The notes: generated from the sequence alone by a model not told the origin. Counted from the first letter of the stretch, positions 7,872-17,353 are shown. The stretch is 43,214 nt of DNA from an uncultured Clostridia bacterium (GCA_945937975.1 CAMEUD010000002.1:1-43214), one strand, 5' to 3'. Translations and numbers: made by a program.

Positions 7872-7901
7872 AAATACTCTCTATAAAGGAGAGTATTTTT
7901 T
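7872..7901 (+). terminator. hpf terminator hairpin that contains the SD of the next gene
   Basis: AAATACTCTC-tataaag-GAGAGTATTT followed by T-run. The 3' arm includes GGAGAG, the only SD for the ATG at 7902. Confidence 0.6.
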
Positions 7902-8402
7902 ATGCTTAAAAAATTATTTATAATCGTTTTATCATTTGCAATGTTTATGGTATCAGCATGTGGAGCTAACGAACATCATATGTGTGCAAACTTTACAAAT
8001 ATAACAAATTCAGGTTCAACTGATATTACATTTAAAGTTACCTTTGAAGAAGAAAAAAGATATTTTGATAAAGGTTTTGACATTTTAATTAAATCAAATA
8101 CAGATACCACCGAATTTGTAATTAAAAAAGAACTAGAAGATTTTGTAAAGATAACACTCAAAGAAAAAGACACTTATTATAGTTTATATAGATTAATGGC
8201 TGATGCAAAAAATGAAAAATTTGAATACACCGCATACAAAAATTCAGTGTCAAAAATTTTTATCATTAACAGCGAAAATGATTTTACTTTAACACTTAAA
8301 GTTGTTGCTGGGGAAATTTCCGAATACAAATCTTCCCTACTCAATATCTTTGATATTTCAAAATCTTTTGACCTTGATGTAAAAAAGTCCAACAAAGACT
8401 AA
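7902..8402 (+). CDS. Putative lipoprotein, unknown function
   Basis: Signal peptide with lipobox: MLKKLFIIVLSFAMFMVSAC-G. Confidence 0.6.
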   Translation: MLKKLFIIVLSFAMFMVSACGANEHHMCANFTNITNSGSTDITFKVTFEEEKRYFDKGFDILIKSNTDTTEFVIKKELEDFVKITLKEKDTYYSLYRLMADAKNEKFEYTAYKNSVSKIFIINSENDFTLTLKVVAGEISEYKSSLLNIFDISKSFDLDVKKSNKD

Positions 8403-8462
8403 AATACACAAAATACTTGGAAAATTGAAAAAATTGTAGTATATTTATTTATAGGTGAAATT

Positions 8463-9104
8463 ATGATAGAAATAAAAAACTTATATCTTAAATATATACG
8501 AGAATATTATGCTCTTTATGACATAAATATAAAAATTCAAAAAGGCGAAAGTGTTGCGCTTGTTGGCAATGAAGGCAGTGGAAAAACAACACTTCTTCGT
8601 GTTCTTGCAAAACTTGAAAAATTTGATAAAGGCGAAGTTTATATAAAAGATATTTCACTAAAAAAACTTGATTTTAAGACAGATATTAGTCTTGGTTATA
8701 TTTCTTATGCCCCAGTTTTTTTGGAAAATAAAACTGTTTATGAAAATCTTAAATATGTTTTATCTTCAAGAAAAGTTAAACCTGTTGACATAGAAAACAA
8801 AATAAACACTTGTCTAATTGAGTTTGGTCTTGAAAAATATCGCAACACAAAAGCAAAAGATTTAACACTTTTTGAGAAATATGTTATTTCAATCGCAAGA
8901 CTTACCCTTCGCCCACTTGATATAGTTCTTGTTGATGATATTTTTGAGAAACTTGATGATGAACAAAAGAATTACATTGTAACACTCATCAAAAAATTAT
9001 TTATAGACAAAAAAGTTACAACTTTGGTTGCAACAAGTGATGAAGAACTTTTAAAGAAAGTTTGCAAAAGAACTATACATTTTACCAATGGTTCAATAGA
9101 CTAA
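8463..9104 (+). CDS. Orphan ABC-type ATPase with degenerate catalytic motifs
   Basis: Walker A GNEGSGKTT is intact. The signature reads LTLFEK rather than LSGGQ. Walker B is followed by D (VLVDDI) rather than E. The H-loop His is replaced (VATSDEE), and no Q-loop Gln is recognisable. There is no adjacent permease. Confidence 0.7.
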   Translation: MIEIKNLYLKYIREYYALYDINIKIQKGESVALVGNEGSGKTTLLRVLAKLEKFDKGEVYIKDISLKKLDFKTDISLGYISYAPVFLENKTVYENLKYVLSSRKVKPVDIENKINTCLIEFGLEKYRNTKAKDLTLFEKYVISIARLTLRPLDIVLVDDIFEKLDDEQKNYIVTLIKKLFIDKKVTTLVATSDEELLKKVCKRTIHFTNGSID

Positions 9105-9123
9105 CAAAAGATATGGAGAAATT

Positions 9124-10914
9124 ATGGACTTATTTAAAAAAGTAGACAATGACCTTTTGGTCGTTATAAAAGATTATCTAGGTTGTGCTTACACACAAAA
9201 TGAAAGATTACAAAATGCAATAAAATTTGTTATCCCCCCAATTCAAACTGGTTCGGATTATTCAACAAATGTTGCAATGGTATTTTCAAAGGCACTTGGC
9301 AAAAAACCTTTTGATATTGCAAATGAACTTTGTGAAAAAATTAAAGTGCTTGATTTTGTTCAAGAAGCAAATGCTATTAATGGATATATCAATATCACAT
9401 TCAAACCACAAATTTGGGAACACTTTTTGGCCGATATTGAGAATGAAAAAGAACATTTTGGTGATGGAGATAAAAAAGAAAAGGTTTTGCTTGAATTTAT
9501 ATCAGCAAACCCAACTGGTCCACTTCATGTTGGACACTGTCGTGGTGCAATTCTTGGACTTGCCATTGCAAAACTTATGCAAAAAGCAGGCTATGACATT
9601 ACAAAAGAATACTATATAAATGACTATGGCGTTCAAATTAGAACACTTGTAAAATCTGTTCAATTTAGATATGAACAAAACTTTGGACTTCACACAAATG
9701 AAAATATGCCAGAAGGTTGCTACCCTGGTGAATACTTGGTTGACTATGCAAAAATTTTTGCAAACAAATGTGGCGACAAATTTATCAATTTAAGTGAAGA
9801 TGAATTTTACAAAGACTTTAAAAAAGAAATCGTTTTGGCAATGATGGATGTAATTAGGGCTGACCTTAAACTTCTTGGTCTTGAATATGATTCTTTTGTT
9901 TCAGAAACAGATATTGTTGAACAAGGCAAAATTGATGAAGCAATAAACTATTTGGCAGACAAGTATAAAGAAGTAACAGATGAAAATGGAAACACCGAAA
10001 AACTTTATTATATCTACAAAGGTAAACTTGATGCTCCTGTTGGTAAAAGTGCAAACGAAGAAGAACAAGAAGAATCAAAATATTCTGGCGAAGACCAAAC
10101 TCTTTTCCGTTCTACCCTATTTGGCGATGACAAAGACAGAGTTGTAAAAAGACCAGATGGAACAACAACTTATTTTGCATCTGATATTGCATATCATAAA
10201 TATAAAGTTGACAGGGGTTACACAAAACTTATTGATATTTTTGGTGCAGACCATGGTGGTTATGTAAAAAGAATTACAAGTGCAGTTGATGCTTTAAGTG
10301 AACATAAAGCAAACTTGGAAGTTGTGCTTTGTCAAATGGTTGCGCTTGAAAAGAATGGCCAACCATTTAAGATGTCAAAAAGAAAAGGAACATTTGTACT
10401 TCTTCGTGATGTTGCAGAAACAATTAATGTTGATGAATTAAAATTGTTTATGCTTTCAAAAAGCCCAGACACCCAAATGACTTTTGACCTTGTAAAAGTA
10501 AAAGAAAAATCAAAAGAAAATCTTGTTTACTATATTCAATATGCGTACGCAAGGTCAAATTCTGTGCTTCGTAATTTTGAATCAAAGTTTGGTTACAAAT
10601 ATGAATATAATCCAGAAGATTTAAACGATTTTATGCAAGAGCCAAACAAGTTAATAAAAGAACTTGTTGTGTTTATGGCAAAATACCCACAAGTAATTTT
10701 GTCATCAGCAAAAAAGCATGCACCAAATATGATTGTTGACTACCTTAAAGATTTTGCTTCACTTTTCCATTCAATTTGGAGTGCAGACATAAAACTTGTT
10801 GATACAAACAATGAAAAACACACAAAAGCAATGATGGCATTTGTAACTTGTGTAAAAACTGTAATCAAAAATGCACTTGAAACAATATCCATAAATGCAC
10901 CAGAAAAAATGTAA
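9124..10914 (+). CDS. argS: Arginine--tRNA ligase
   Basis: HIGH-type motif ANPTGPLHVGHCRGA, KMSK motif (FKMSKRKG), and a 596-aa class I ArgRS layout. Confidence 0.95.
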   Translation: MDLFKKVDNDLLVVIKDYLGCAYTQNERLQNAIKFVIPPIQTGSDYSTNVAMVFSKALGKKPFDIANELCEKIKVLDFVQEANAINGYINITFKPQIWEHFLADIENEKEHFGDGDKKEKVLLEFISANPTGPLHVGHCRGAILGLAIAKLMQKAGYDITKEYYINDYGVQIRTLVKSVQFRYEQNFGLHTNENMPEGCYPGEYLVDYAKIFANKCGDKFINLSEDEFYKDFKKEIVLAMMDVIRADLKLLGLEYDSFVSETDIVEQGKIDEAINYLADKYKEVTDENGNTEKLYYIYKGKLDAPVGKSANEEEQEESKYSGEDQTLFRSTLFGDDKDRVVKRPDGTTTYFASDIAYHKYKVDRGYTKLIDIFGADHGGYVKRITSAVDALSEHKANLEVVLCQMVALEKNGQPFKMSKRKGTFVLLRDVAETINVDELKLFMLSKSPDTQMTFDLVKVKEKSKENLVYYIQYAYARSNSVLRNFESKFGYKYEYNPEDLNDFMQEPNKLIKELVVFMAKYPQVILSSAKKHAPNMIVDYLKDFASLFHSIWSADIKLVDTNNEKHTKAMMAFVTCVKTVIKNALETISINAPEKM

Positions 10915-10915
10915 T

Positions 10916-10945
10916 AAAAAAATCTAGCGTTTGCTAGATTTTTTT
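10916..10945. terminator. Bidirectional terminator shared by argS and tRNA-Glu
   Basis: AAAAAAA-AATCTAGC-gttt-GCTAGATT-TTTTTT. Confidence 0.75.
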
Positions 10946-11020
10946 TGGTAGCCTTAACGAGAATCGAACTCGTGATTTCACCTTGAGAGGGTGACGTCTT
11001 AACCGCTTGACCATAAGGCC
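10946..11020 (-). tRNA. tRNA-Glu (anticodon CUC)
   Basis: The reverse complement is GGCCTTA-TG-GTC..GAC-G-TCACC-CTCTCAA-GGTGA-AATC-ACGAG-TTCGATT-CTCGT-TAAGGCT-A-CCA. The 3-bp D stem is typical of tRNA-Glu. Confidence 0.85.
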
Positions 11021-11140
11021 ATATTTTTAACGCACATAGTGTACCAAATTTTTCTTAATTTTGCAAGCATTAACAAAAATGTTTTTATTTAAAGAAGTTG
11101 GAATTTTTTTATATTGTGTTTATAATAAAAATATATACTA

Positions 11141-12631
11141 ATGAAAAAGATAAATTTTAGAATAATTTTCTTTTGTGCAATATCTTTTATGCTTGCACTT
11201 GTTTTTGCAAGATATATTTTTGATTTATCTATTCCATATATTATCTTTTTATCTTTAATAATATTTGCACTACTTTTTGTTTGTATAAAATACAAATGTT
11301 TTAAAAGATTTACTCTGCTTTTTTGTGTTTTTGTTTTTGGTATTGGTTATTATTTCTTGGGATTTTACACTTTTTCAGGAATAGACTACTCGCAAAGTGT
11401 TTTAATAGAAGCAAGAGTTGAAAGCATTACAAATTACACAAACTTTTCTACCTGCATTTTAGATGATGTAAAAATAAATGGGAACAATAAACCATTTAAA
11501 ATTACTGCAACTTTAAACAATGATGAAATTAAACAAAGCAATATAATTGTTTTTGAAAATAAAATAACCAAAGTTCAACTTTTTGATGATGATGGATTTA
11601 ACTCTTTTTATTATAAAAATGACACACCATATAAAACTACGATTAATAATGTTATTGCAATAAAAAATGGTTACAAAAAACTCAATGAAAAAATACATGA
11701 TGCTTTTAATAATTTTGTTGAAACACATTTTGATAGCGACATTGGTGGAGTTATTAAAAGTGTGATAATTGGAGATAAAAGTACACTTAACAAAGATATA
11801 AAAAATTCTTTTTCTTCAAGTGGTATTGCCCACCTACTTGCAATAAGTGGACTACATATTTCAATTATTATTCTTTGCATAAATTTTATTCTCAAGAAAT
11901 TTAGGTTAAAAGAAAAATATAACTTTATTATTTTACTTATCTTGCTCGCTTTTTATTGTTATATCTGCAATTTTTCGCCTTCGGTTGTAAGAGCAAGTTT
12001 AATGAGTTTGATTTTTATATTTTCAAATGTTGTTGGCAGAAAATATGATAAACTCACTTCATTATCTTTGTGTGCAATTTTAATTTTGCTATTTAAACCA
12101 CTATATATTTTTGATGCTGGATTTTTACTTTCATTTGGTTGTGTATATTGCATTTTTGTTATTTCTCCAAGCATTTGTAAGTTACTAGAAAAAACAAAAA
12201 TTAACAAAAAGATTTGTCAAAATTTATCTATTGTTTTTTCTGTTCAACTTGGACTTATTCCACTCACTTCTTTATTTTATTCTTCAACAAATTTACTTTC
12301 TCTTTTGTGTAATATCATATGCGTGCCACTTTTTGAATTTGCTTTTGTTCTCACCTTTGCAATTTTATTTATTTGTGTAATTTTGCCATTTATGTCATTT
12401 TTAACAAAATTAATCGAATTTTTGTATTGGTTGATAATAAATATTTCAATACTATTCAGTAATGCAACTTTTGCATTTTTAACATTGCCAAAAATGAACT
12501 CAATATTTGTTATTGGTTTTTATTCTTCGTGTTTTTATATATCTAATTTTATAAATGAAAAACATTTAGACAAATTAACTGTATGTTCAAGTCTTTTGGT
12601 TATTAGTTATGTTTGCTCTCTATTTGTATGA
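11141..12631 (+). CDS. comEC: ComEC/Rec2 DNA-uptake channel protein, short form without the metallo-beta-lactamase domain
   Basis: Polytopic membrane protein with the hallmark GIAHLLAISGLHISII competence-domain motif. At 496 aa it ends before any beta-lactamase-like domain. holA follows, as in the Bacillus comE locus. Confidence 0.8.
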   Translation: MKKINFRIIFFCAISFMLALVFARYIFDLSIPYIIFLSLIIFALLFVCIKYKCFKRFTLLFCVFVFGIGYYFLGFYTFSGIDYSQSVLIEARVESITNYTNFSTCILDDVKINGNNKPFKITATLNNDEIKQSNIIVFENKITKVQLFDDDGFNSFYYKNDTPYKTTINNVIAIKNGYKKLNEKIHDAFNNFVETHFDSDIGGVIKSVIIGDKSTLNKDIKNSFSSSGIAHLLAISGLHISIIILCINFILKKFRLKEKYNFIILLILLAFYCYICNFSPSVVRASLMSLIFIFSNVVGRKYDKLTSLSLCAILILLFKPLYIFDAGFLLSFGCVYCIFVISPSICKLLEKTKINKKICQNLSIVFSVQLGLIPLTSLFYSSTNLLSLLCNIICVPLFEFAFVLTFAILFICVILPFMSFLTKLIEFLYWLIINISILFSNATFAFLTLPKMNSIFVIGFYSSCFYISNFINEKHLDKLTVCSSLLVISYVCSLFV

Positions 12632-12685
12632 TTATATGTTAATTTTTGTTGTTTAAAATAAATATAAATGATAAAATAATATTGA

Positions 12686-13627
12686 ATGAATTTAAAGAGC
12701 TTGAGTAATTACGACAACTTTTATGGTTGTTTTATACTTTGTGGCGACACATATCTTACAAGTTGTGCCGTAGACTTTATTAAGCAAAAAATGAACATTA
12801 CTAATTCATTTGATATATCTATTTTTGATAGTGAAAATTTTTCAAGTAACTCAATTATTGAAAGTTGTGAACAGGTTTCATTTTTTACAACAAACAGATT
12901 GGTTATTGTAAAGAATGTTTTTCAAGTTTTGGAAAGCGATAAGAAAAAACTTTTGGAATATATACCAAAAATGAACCCAACTTGCACATTACTAATTTTA
13001 GACAATATGCAAGTGTTTGACTTTTTAAAATGTACAAAACTCAACTTTACTTTAACCGACATTGAACTTGTGCAAGAAACACAAAGACTTGCAAAAGAAA
13101 AAGGTAAATCAATTTCAAAAGAAGATGCTCTGTATCTTGCAAATCTTGTAAATAAAGATTTAAGCTCAATAAACACCGAACTTGAAAAATTATCTATGTA
13201 CACAACAAATGACACGATTTTAAAAGAAGATATTAACAGTGTTGTAACAAAAACTGATGATGTAGTTGTTTTTGAACTCACAACAGCACTTGGTAAAAAA
13301 GATGCGAATAAAACATTGAATATTCTTTTTAATTTGTTAAAGCAAGACAATCAAGCAAGCAAACTTTTGCCACTTATGTCTAACAATTTTACAAGATTAT
13401 TTACAATAAGTGTTTCAAAAAATTTAACAGATGAACTTTTGGCACAAAAACTTGGAGTAAAACCTTTTGCTGTTACAAAACTACGAAGCCAACTAAAAAA
13501 CTTTAATCCAGTCAAATTAAAAAACATAGTTTATGAATTTTGCGATGTTGACTATATGATAAAAAGTGGATTAATGCAAGCTGACACTGCCCTTATTTAT
13601 ATTGTTGAATATATTTTAAATATTTAA
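12686..13627 (+). CDS. holA: DNA polymerase III subunit delta
   Basis: 313 aa, with conserved synteny comEC-holA-(rpsT). The N-terminal pattern (FILCGDTYL...FDSENFS...FFTTNRLVIVKN) is typical of HolA. Confidence 0.75.
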   Translation: MNLKSLSNYDNFYGCFILCGDTYLTSCAVDFIKQKMNITNSFDISIFDSENFSSNSIIESCEQVSFFTTNRLVIVKNVFQVLESDKKKLLEYIPKMNPTCTLLILDNMQVFDFLKCTKLNFTLTDIELVQETQRLAKEKGKSISKEDALYLANLVNKDLSSINTELEKLSMYTTNDTILKEDINSVVTKTDDVVVFELTTALGKKDANKTLNILFNLLKQDNQASKLLPLMSNNFTRLFTISVSKNLTDELLAQKLGVKPFAVTKLRSQLKNFNPVKLKNIVYEFCDVDYMIKSGLMQADTALIYIVEYILNI

Positions 13628-13628
13628 A

Positions 13629-13657
13629 AAACTGTAAGAAATTTTCTTACAGTTTTT
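13629..13657. terminator. Bidirectional terminator
   Basis: AAAAA-ACTGTAAGAAA-TTTCTTACAGT-TTTTT, between convergent genes. Confidence 0.75.
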
Positions 13658-13659
13658 GT

Positions 13660-14280
13660 TTACTTGTTTAAATCAACATCAAATAAGAATTTTATGTTAT
13701 TATTAAATTCAAATTTTTTGTTAAATTTAGTTAATTTGAATTTGATTTTTATATACTTGATTGAATTTACAGGAACTGTTATTGTTTCTATTGCACTTTG
13801 GTCATTTGATGTTACTCTTTCCAATCTTTCATCATCAAAACTTTCTTCGCTGTCGGCTATTTCATAAAATGTTTGAAGTCTATTTTCTGTATCAAAAGCA
13901 AAATTTGATGTGCTAATCTTTAAAGCATATTCTGCATTAAGGTTTCTAAATGAATAAACCATTTCCATTTCTTGTTCTTCATATGACAAATTTGTTTTGC
14001 CCAAGTTCCAACCATCAATCAAAACTTCTGTATCTTTGAAGGCTTGTGAATTATTTTTATCAAGTCTGTAATAATAAATATCACTATAACCACTTTGAAG
14101 TGTTGGACCAGAATATTTACCATTTATTTCAACAAATACATTTTCATTTCCACTAACAAAAGTTGTTGTGTTTGCAATACCTTTGTTGCTTGTGATAGCA
14201 GACACAACTCCAAATGTTAAGGCACACAACATTAAAACAAGCATTGTTATGGTAATCCAAAGTCTTGATTTGTTATTCAT
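13660..14280 (-). CDS. Secreted or membrane-anchored protein, unknown function
   Basis: N-terminal hydrophobic signal/anchor: MNNKSRLWITITMLVLMLCALTFGVVSA. No recognisable domain. Confidence 0.5.
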   Translation of the reverse strand: MNNKSRLWITITMLVLMLCALTFGVVSAITSNKGIANTTTFVSGNENVFVEINGKYSGPTLQSGYSDIYYYRLDKNNSQAFKDTEVLIDGWNLGKTNLSYEEQEMEMVYSFRNLNAEYALKISTSNFAFDTENRLQTFYEIADSEESFDDERLERVTSNDQSAIETITVPVNSIKYIKIKFKLTKFNKKFEFNNNIKFLFDVDLNK

Positions 14281-14397
14281 TTTGCCTCCTATAAACTATT
14301 TTCTAGTATATAGTATAAACATTTTTAGCAAAAAATCAAACAAATTAAGCATAATGAAATTTTAAATAAGTTATAAATTGAAAAATAAAAAAAATAG

Positions 14398-14426
14398 TTG
14401 CATAAAAAAAACTTATGTGCTAAAAT
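14398..14426 (+). promoter_or_regulatory. Sigma-A-like promoter of rpsT
   Basis: TTGCAT, a 17-nt spacer, then TAAAAT, upstream of SD AAAGGAG. Confidence 0.55.
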
Positions 14427-14463
14427 ATCGTAGATTTATAAAAAATACGCAAAGGAGATAAAA

Positions 14464-14727
14464 ATGCCAAATATAAAATCAGCAATAAAAAGAGTTAATG
14501 TTAACGCAAAGAAAAATGCAGAAAACAGAATGGTTAAATCTCAAATTAACACTGTAACAAGAAAATTTGAAGATGCTGTTAGCAAAAAAGATAAAGAACT
14601 TGCAACAAAATTATATTCAGAAGTTGTAAGCACACTTGACAAAGCTGTTTCAAAAAATGTTATCCACAAAAACACAGCTTCAAGACGCGCTTCAAGACTT
14701 GCAACAAAATTAGCAGGATTGAACTAA
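14464..14727 (+). CDS. rpsT: 30S ribosomal protein S20
   Basis: MPNIKSAIKRVNVNAKKNAENR... is the canonical S20 N-terminus. 87 aa. Confidence 0.95.
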   Translation: MPNIKSAIKRVNVNAKKNAENRMVKSQINTVTRKFEDAVSKKDKELATKLYSEVVSTLDKAVSKNVIHKNTASRRASRLATKLAGLN

Positions 14728-14732
14728 TAATT

Positions 14733-14763
14733 AAAGAAAGGTTTTTGACCTTTCTTTTTTTAT
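14733..14763. terminator. Bidirectional terminator
   Basis: AAAGAAAGGT-ttttg-ACCTTTCTTT plus T-run. Confidence 0.75.
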
Positions 14764-14764
14764 T

Positions 14765-15823
14765 CTATTTCATAAAATTTTCTAATAGTTTTTTATTTAA
14801 CAAAAATTCTTTTGTTTGTTTTATTTCGCCTGCTTTTTCATTATAATAATTTGACTTTTGATAATCTTTTAAGTAAAAATACGAACAACAAAGTCCCATA
14901 TATGGATAATAATTGTAATAAACTTGTTCCACAAACCCACCTTTATCTATAACATCTTTTGCAAATGTTGCCTGTTTATACCAATACACACTTTGTTCAT
15001 ACATTTGATTTGAATAAAAATAATCTGCAATTTTGCAACATATGTTTGCTCGTGGTGTATCATATTTGAATGTTTGAAATAAATACATTAACGACTTCTC
15101 TTTGTCGCCCAAATTTTGATAACATTGAGATAAAATATTTAAACTTTCAATTCTATTTTCAGTCCAAACATTTGGCATTTTTTGAAGTTTTTGCAAGTTT
15201 GTTACACATTGTTTATATTTTTTATGGTCAAAAAGTTCTCTTGAATAATAATATTGTTCTCTTGCATTAAGAGTTCTTTCTTTTTTTATTTTGTTATAAA
15301 TTCTTAAATTTCTATTAGTATCTCCACTTTTTACTTTTTTATGATTTATTGCAACATCAAGTCTTTCAATTTTTCCAAATGGGGTAATACATTCATGAAC
15401 TGCTCCAACAAATTTACACCTATTATCATTTTTTAATATTCTTTCCCTATAAAATGAAAATGTTGGCTTTTCATTGTCAAATGCAACATTATACTTTAAC
15501 ATATAGCAATCTTTCGTTAAATTTGGTTTTAGTTTTATCAAAAACTTTTGTGTTTCTTCTGGCACAACATCATCAGCATCAAGCCACATAATATACTCAT
15601 ATGATGCTTTGCTTATTGCATAATTTCGTGCTTTTGAAAAATCATCGCACCAAACAAAATCATAAATTTTGTCTGTAAATTTTTTAACAACTTGTTTTGT
15701 TTTATCTATTGAGCCAGTATCCACAACAATTATTTCATCAACAAAATTTTTTACACTATTTAAACATCTTTCAATCACATCTTCTTCATTTTTGACAATC
15801 ATACATAAACTAATTTTTGACAT
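14765..15823 (-). CDS. Family 2 glycosyltransferase with C-terminal TPR-like repeats
   Basis: The N-terminus ISLCMIVKNEEDVIERCLNSV...IIVVDTGSIDKT and DAD motif (WLDADD) indicate a GT-A fold. The C-terminal half is helical-repeat-like (YYNEKAGE, YWYKQA). Confidence 0.75.
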   Translation of the reverse strand: MSKISLCMIVKNEEDVIERCLNSVKNFVDEIIVVDTGSIDKTKQVVKKFTDKIYDFVWCDDFSKARNYAISKASYEYIMWLDADDVVPEETQKFLIKLKPNLTKDCYMLKYNVAFDNEKPTFSFYRERILKNDNRCKFVGAVHECITPFGKIERLDVAINHKKVKSGDTNRNLRIYNKIKKERTLNAREQYYYSRELFDHKKYKQCVTNLQKLQKMPNVWTENRIESLNILSQCYQNLGDKEKSLMYLFQTFKYDTPRANICCKIADYFYSNQMYEQSVYWYKQATFAKDVIDKGGFVEQVYYNYYPYMGLCCSYFYLKDYQKSNYYNEKAGEIKQTKEFLLNKKLLENFMK

Positions 15824-15932
15824 ACTTGTTTTTATGATTTTGCAAAGACTTTTGACACTAGTATATAATTGACAAAAATATAAAAAAGTTATAAACTTAT
15901 GCTAGTTTTATTACCTAATTGGAGAGCAAAAA

Positions 15933-17231
15933 ATGAAAGAAATTGAACTAAAAAACCTTAAAGGGACAACAGACTTCCCACCAGAAGAACAAGCATTAAG
16001 AAATAAAATTATAGATAGTCTTAAAAACACTTTTGAAAAATATGGATATATGCCACTCGAAACACCAATGCTTAATAGTTTTGATTTACTTAAATATAAA
16101 TATGAAGATGGTGCTGAAATTTTAAATGAAGTTTATAAAATGAAAGACCAAGGGAATAGAGATATTGGTCTTAGATTTGATTTAACTGTGCCATTTTGTA
16201 AATTTATTGGATTAAATCATGACCTTGTTATGCCTTTTAGAAGATATGAAATTGGCAAAGTATTTCGTGATGGACCAGTAAAACTTGGCAGAGCAAGAGA
16301 ATTTTATCAATGCGATGTTGATGTTGTTGGTCTTGATGGAAGATTTATTGAAATTGAACAAATGCAAATGGTTATAAATGTTTTTAATTCTCTTGGAATT
16401 GACATTGTTATAAAATGGAATAACCGTACACTTATGAGTGGACTTATTTCAACTCTTGGAATAAGCGAAGATAAAATTGCTGACACAATTTCACTTATTG
16501 ACAGACTTGAAAAAATTTCAAAACAAGAACTTGATTATGAATTTGAAAAAATTGGGATTAGTTCAAGTAAAGTTGATGAGTTATTAAACTTATTTAGTTT
16601 ATCACTTGATGAGTATGTTGAAAGATATTCAACCACAGACAATGAATTATTAAAACAAGGTTTAATCGAATGTCAAGATATTACAAAATTAATTAAAGAG
16701 TTAAATCTTGAAAACAACACTCAATTCTCACCTACTCTTGCTCGTGGATTAAGTATTTACACTGGCACAATATTTGAATTTTTTGACAAGCAAAAAAGAA
16801 TCACATCATCTCTTGGTGGCGGTGGAAGATATGACAAAATAATAACCGACTTTATGAATAATGGACAATCTTATCCTGCTTGTGGACTCACTTTTGGTCT
16901 TGAACCAATTTATGCCATTTTGAAAAACAATAACAAAGAACAATTTATTGATGTTTTGATTGTACCAATGGGAACAGAAACAAAATGCCTTGAAATTGCA
17001 AACAAGTTAAGAGATGTTAATGCAAATGTTGTAACAGATTTTTCTGGTAAAAAAATAAAGAAATCATTTGAATATGCAAATAAATTAAATATAAAGTATG
17101 TTATGGTAATTGGAGAAAACGAAATCAATTCAAATAAATACTCACTAAAAGATATGGAAAAAGGTGAACAAATTGAAGTTGATGAAAACACATTAATAAA
17201 TACCATAAAAAACTATAAACTTAAAAAATAG
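15933..17231 (+). CDS. hisS: Histidine--tRNA ligase
   Basis: Class II motifs RRYEIGKVFRDGP...GRAREFYQCDVD and GGGGRYD are present. 432 aa. Confidence 0.95.
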   Translation: MKEIELKNLKGTTDFPPEEQALRNKIIDSLKNTFEKYGYMPLETPMLNSFDLLKYKYEDGAEILNEVYKMKDQGNRDIGLRFDLTVPFCKFIGLNHDLVMPFRRYEIGKVFRDGPVKLGRAREFYQCDVDVVGLDGRFIEIEQMQMVINVFNSLGIDIVIKWNNRTLMSGLISTLGISEDKIADTISLIDRLEKISKQELDYEFEKIGISSSKVDELLNLFSLSLDEYVERYSTTDNELLKQGLIECQDITKLIKELNLENNTQFSPTLARGLSIYTGTIFEFFDKQKRITSSLGGGGRYDKIITDFMNNGQSYPACGLTFGLEPIYAILKNNNKEQFIDVLIVPMGTETKCLEIANKLRDVNANVVTDFSGKKIKKSFEYANKLNIKYVMVIGENEINSNKYSLKDMEKGEQIEVDENTLINTIKNYKLKK

Positions 17232-17233
17232 AG

Positions 17234-17262
17234 TTGACTAAATAACTGTGTTATGTTAAAAT
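17234..17262 (+). promoter_or_regulatory. Candidate promoter for tRNA-His
   Basis: TTGACT, a 17-nt spacer, then TAAAAT, ending 12 nt before the tRNA. It overlaps a 9-bp hairpin, CTGTGTTAT/ATAACACAG (17246..17269). Confidence 0.45.
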
Positions 17263-17274
17263 AACACAGCATAT

Positions 17275-17353
17275 GGTGGTTATAGCGTAGCTGGTCTAAC
17301 GCGCAAGATTGTGGCTCTTGAGACCGTGGGTTCAAATCCCACTAATCACCCCA
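17275..17353 (+). tRNA. tRNA-His (anticodon GUG) with encoded G-1
   Basis: G-1 is opposite C73. Acceptor GTGGTTA/TAATCAC, anticodon stem CAAGA/TCTTG with loop TTGTGGC, T arm GTGGG-TTCAAAT-CCCAC, encoded CCA. Confidence 0.9.

Noticed and set aside
12922-13350. 142-aa antisense ORF inside holA. Similar long antisense ORFs lie at 28584..28925, 38190..38600, 39257..39772 and 39748..40062.
   Set aside because: All are embedded opposite well-supported genes. They encode Ser/Phe/Leu-rich low-complexity products and lack SD or promoter signals.
15824-15932. T-box leaders upstream of hisS (and argS at 9105..9123).
   Set aside because: The leaders are far too short (about 100 nt and 19 nt). They contain no T-box sequence (GGTGG...), specifier loop or terminator.
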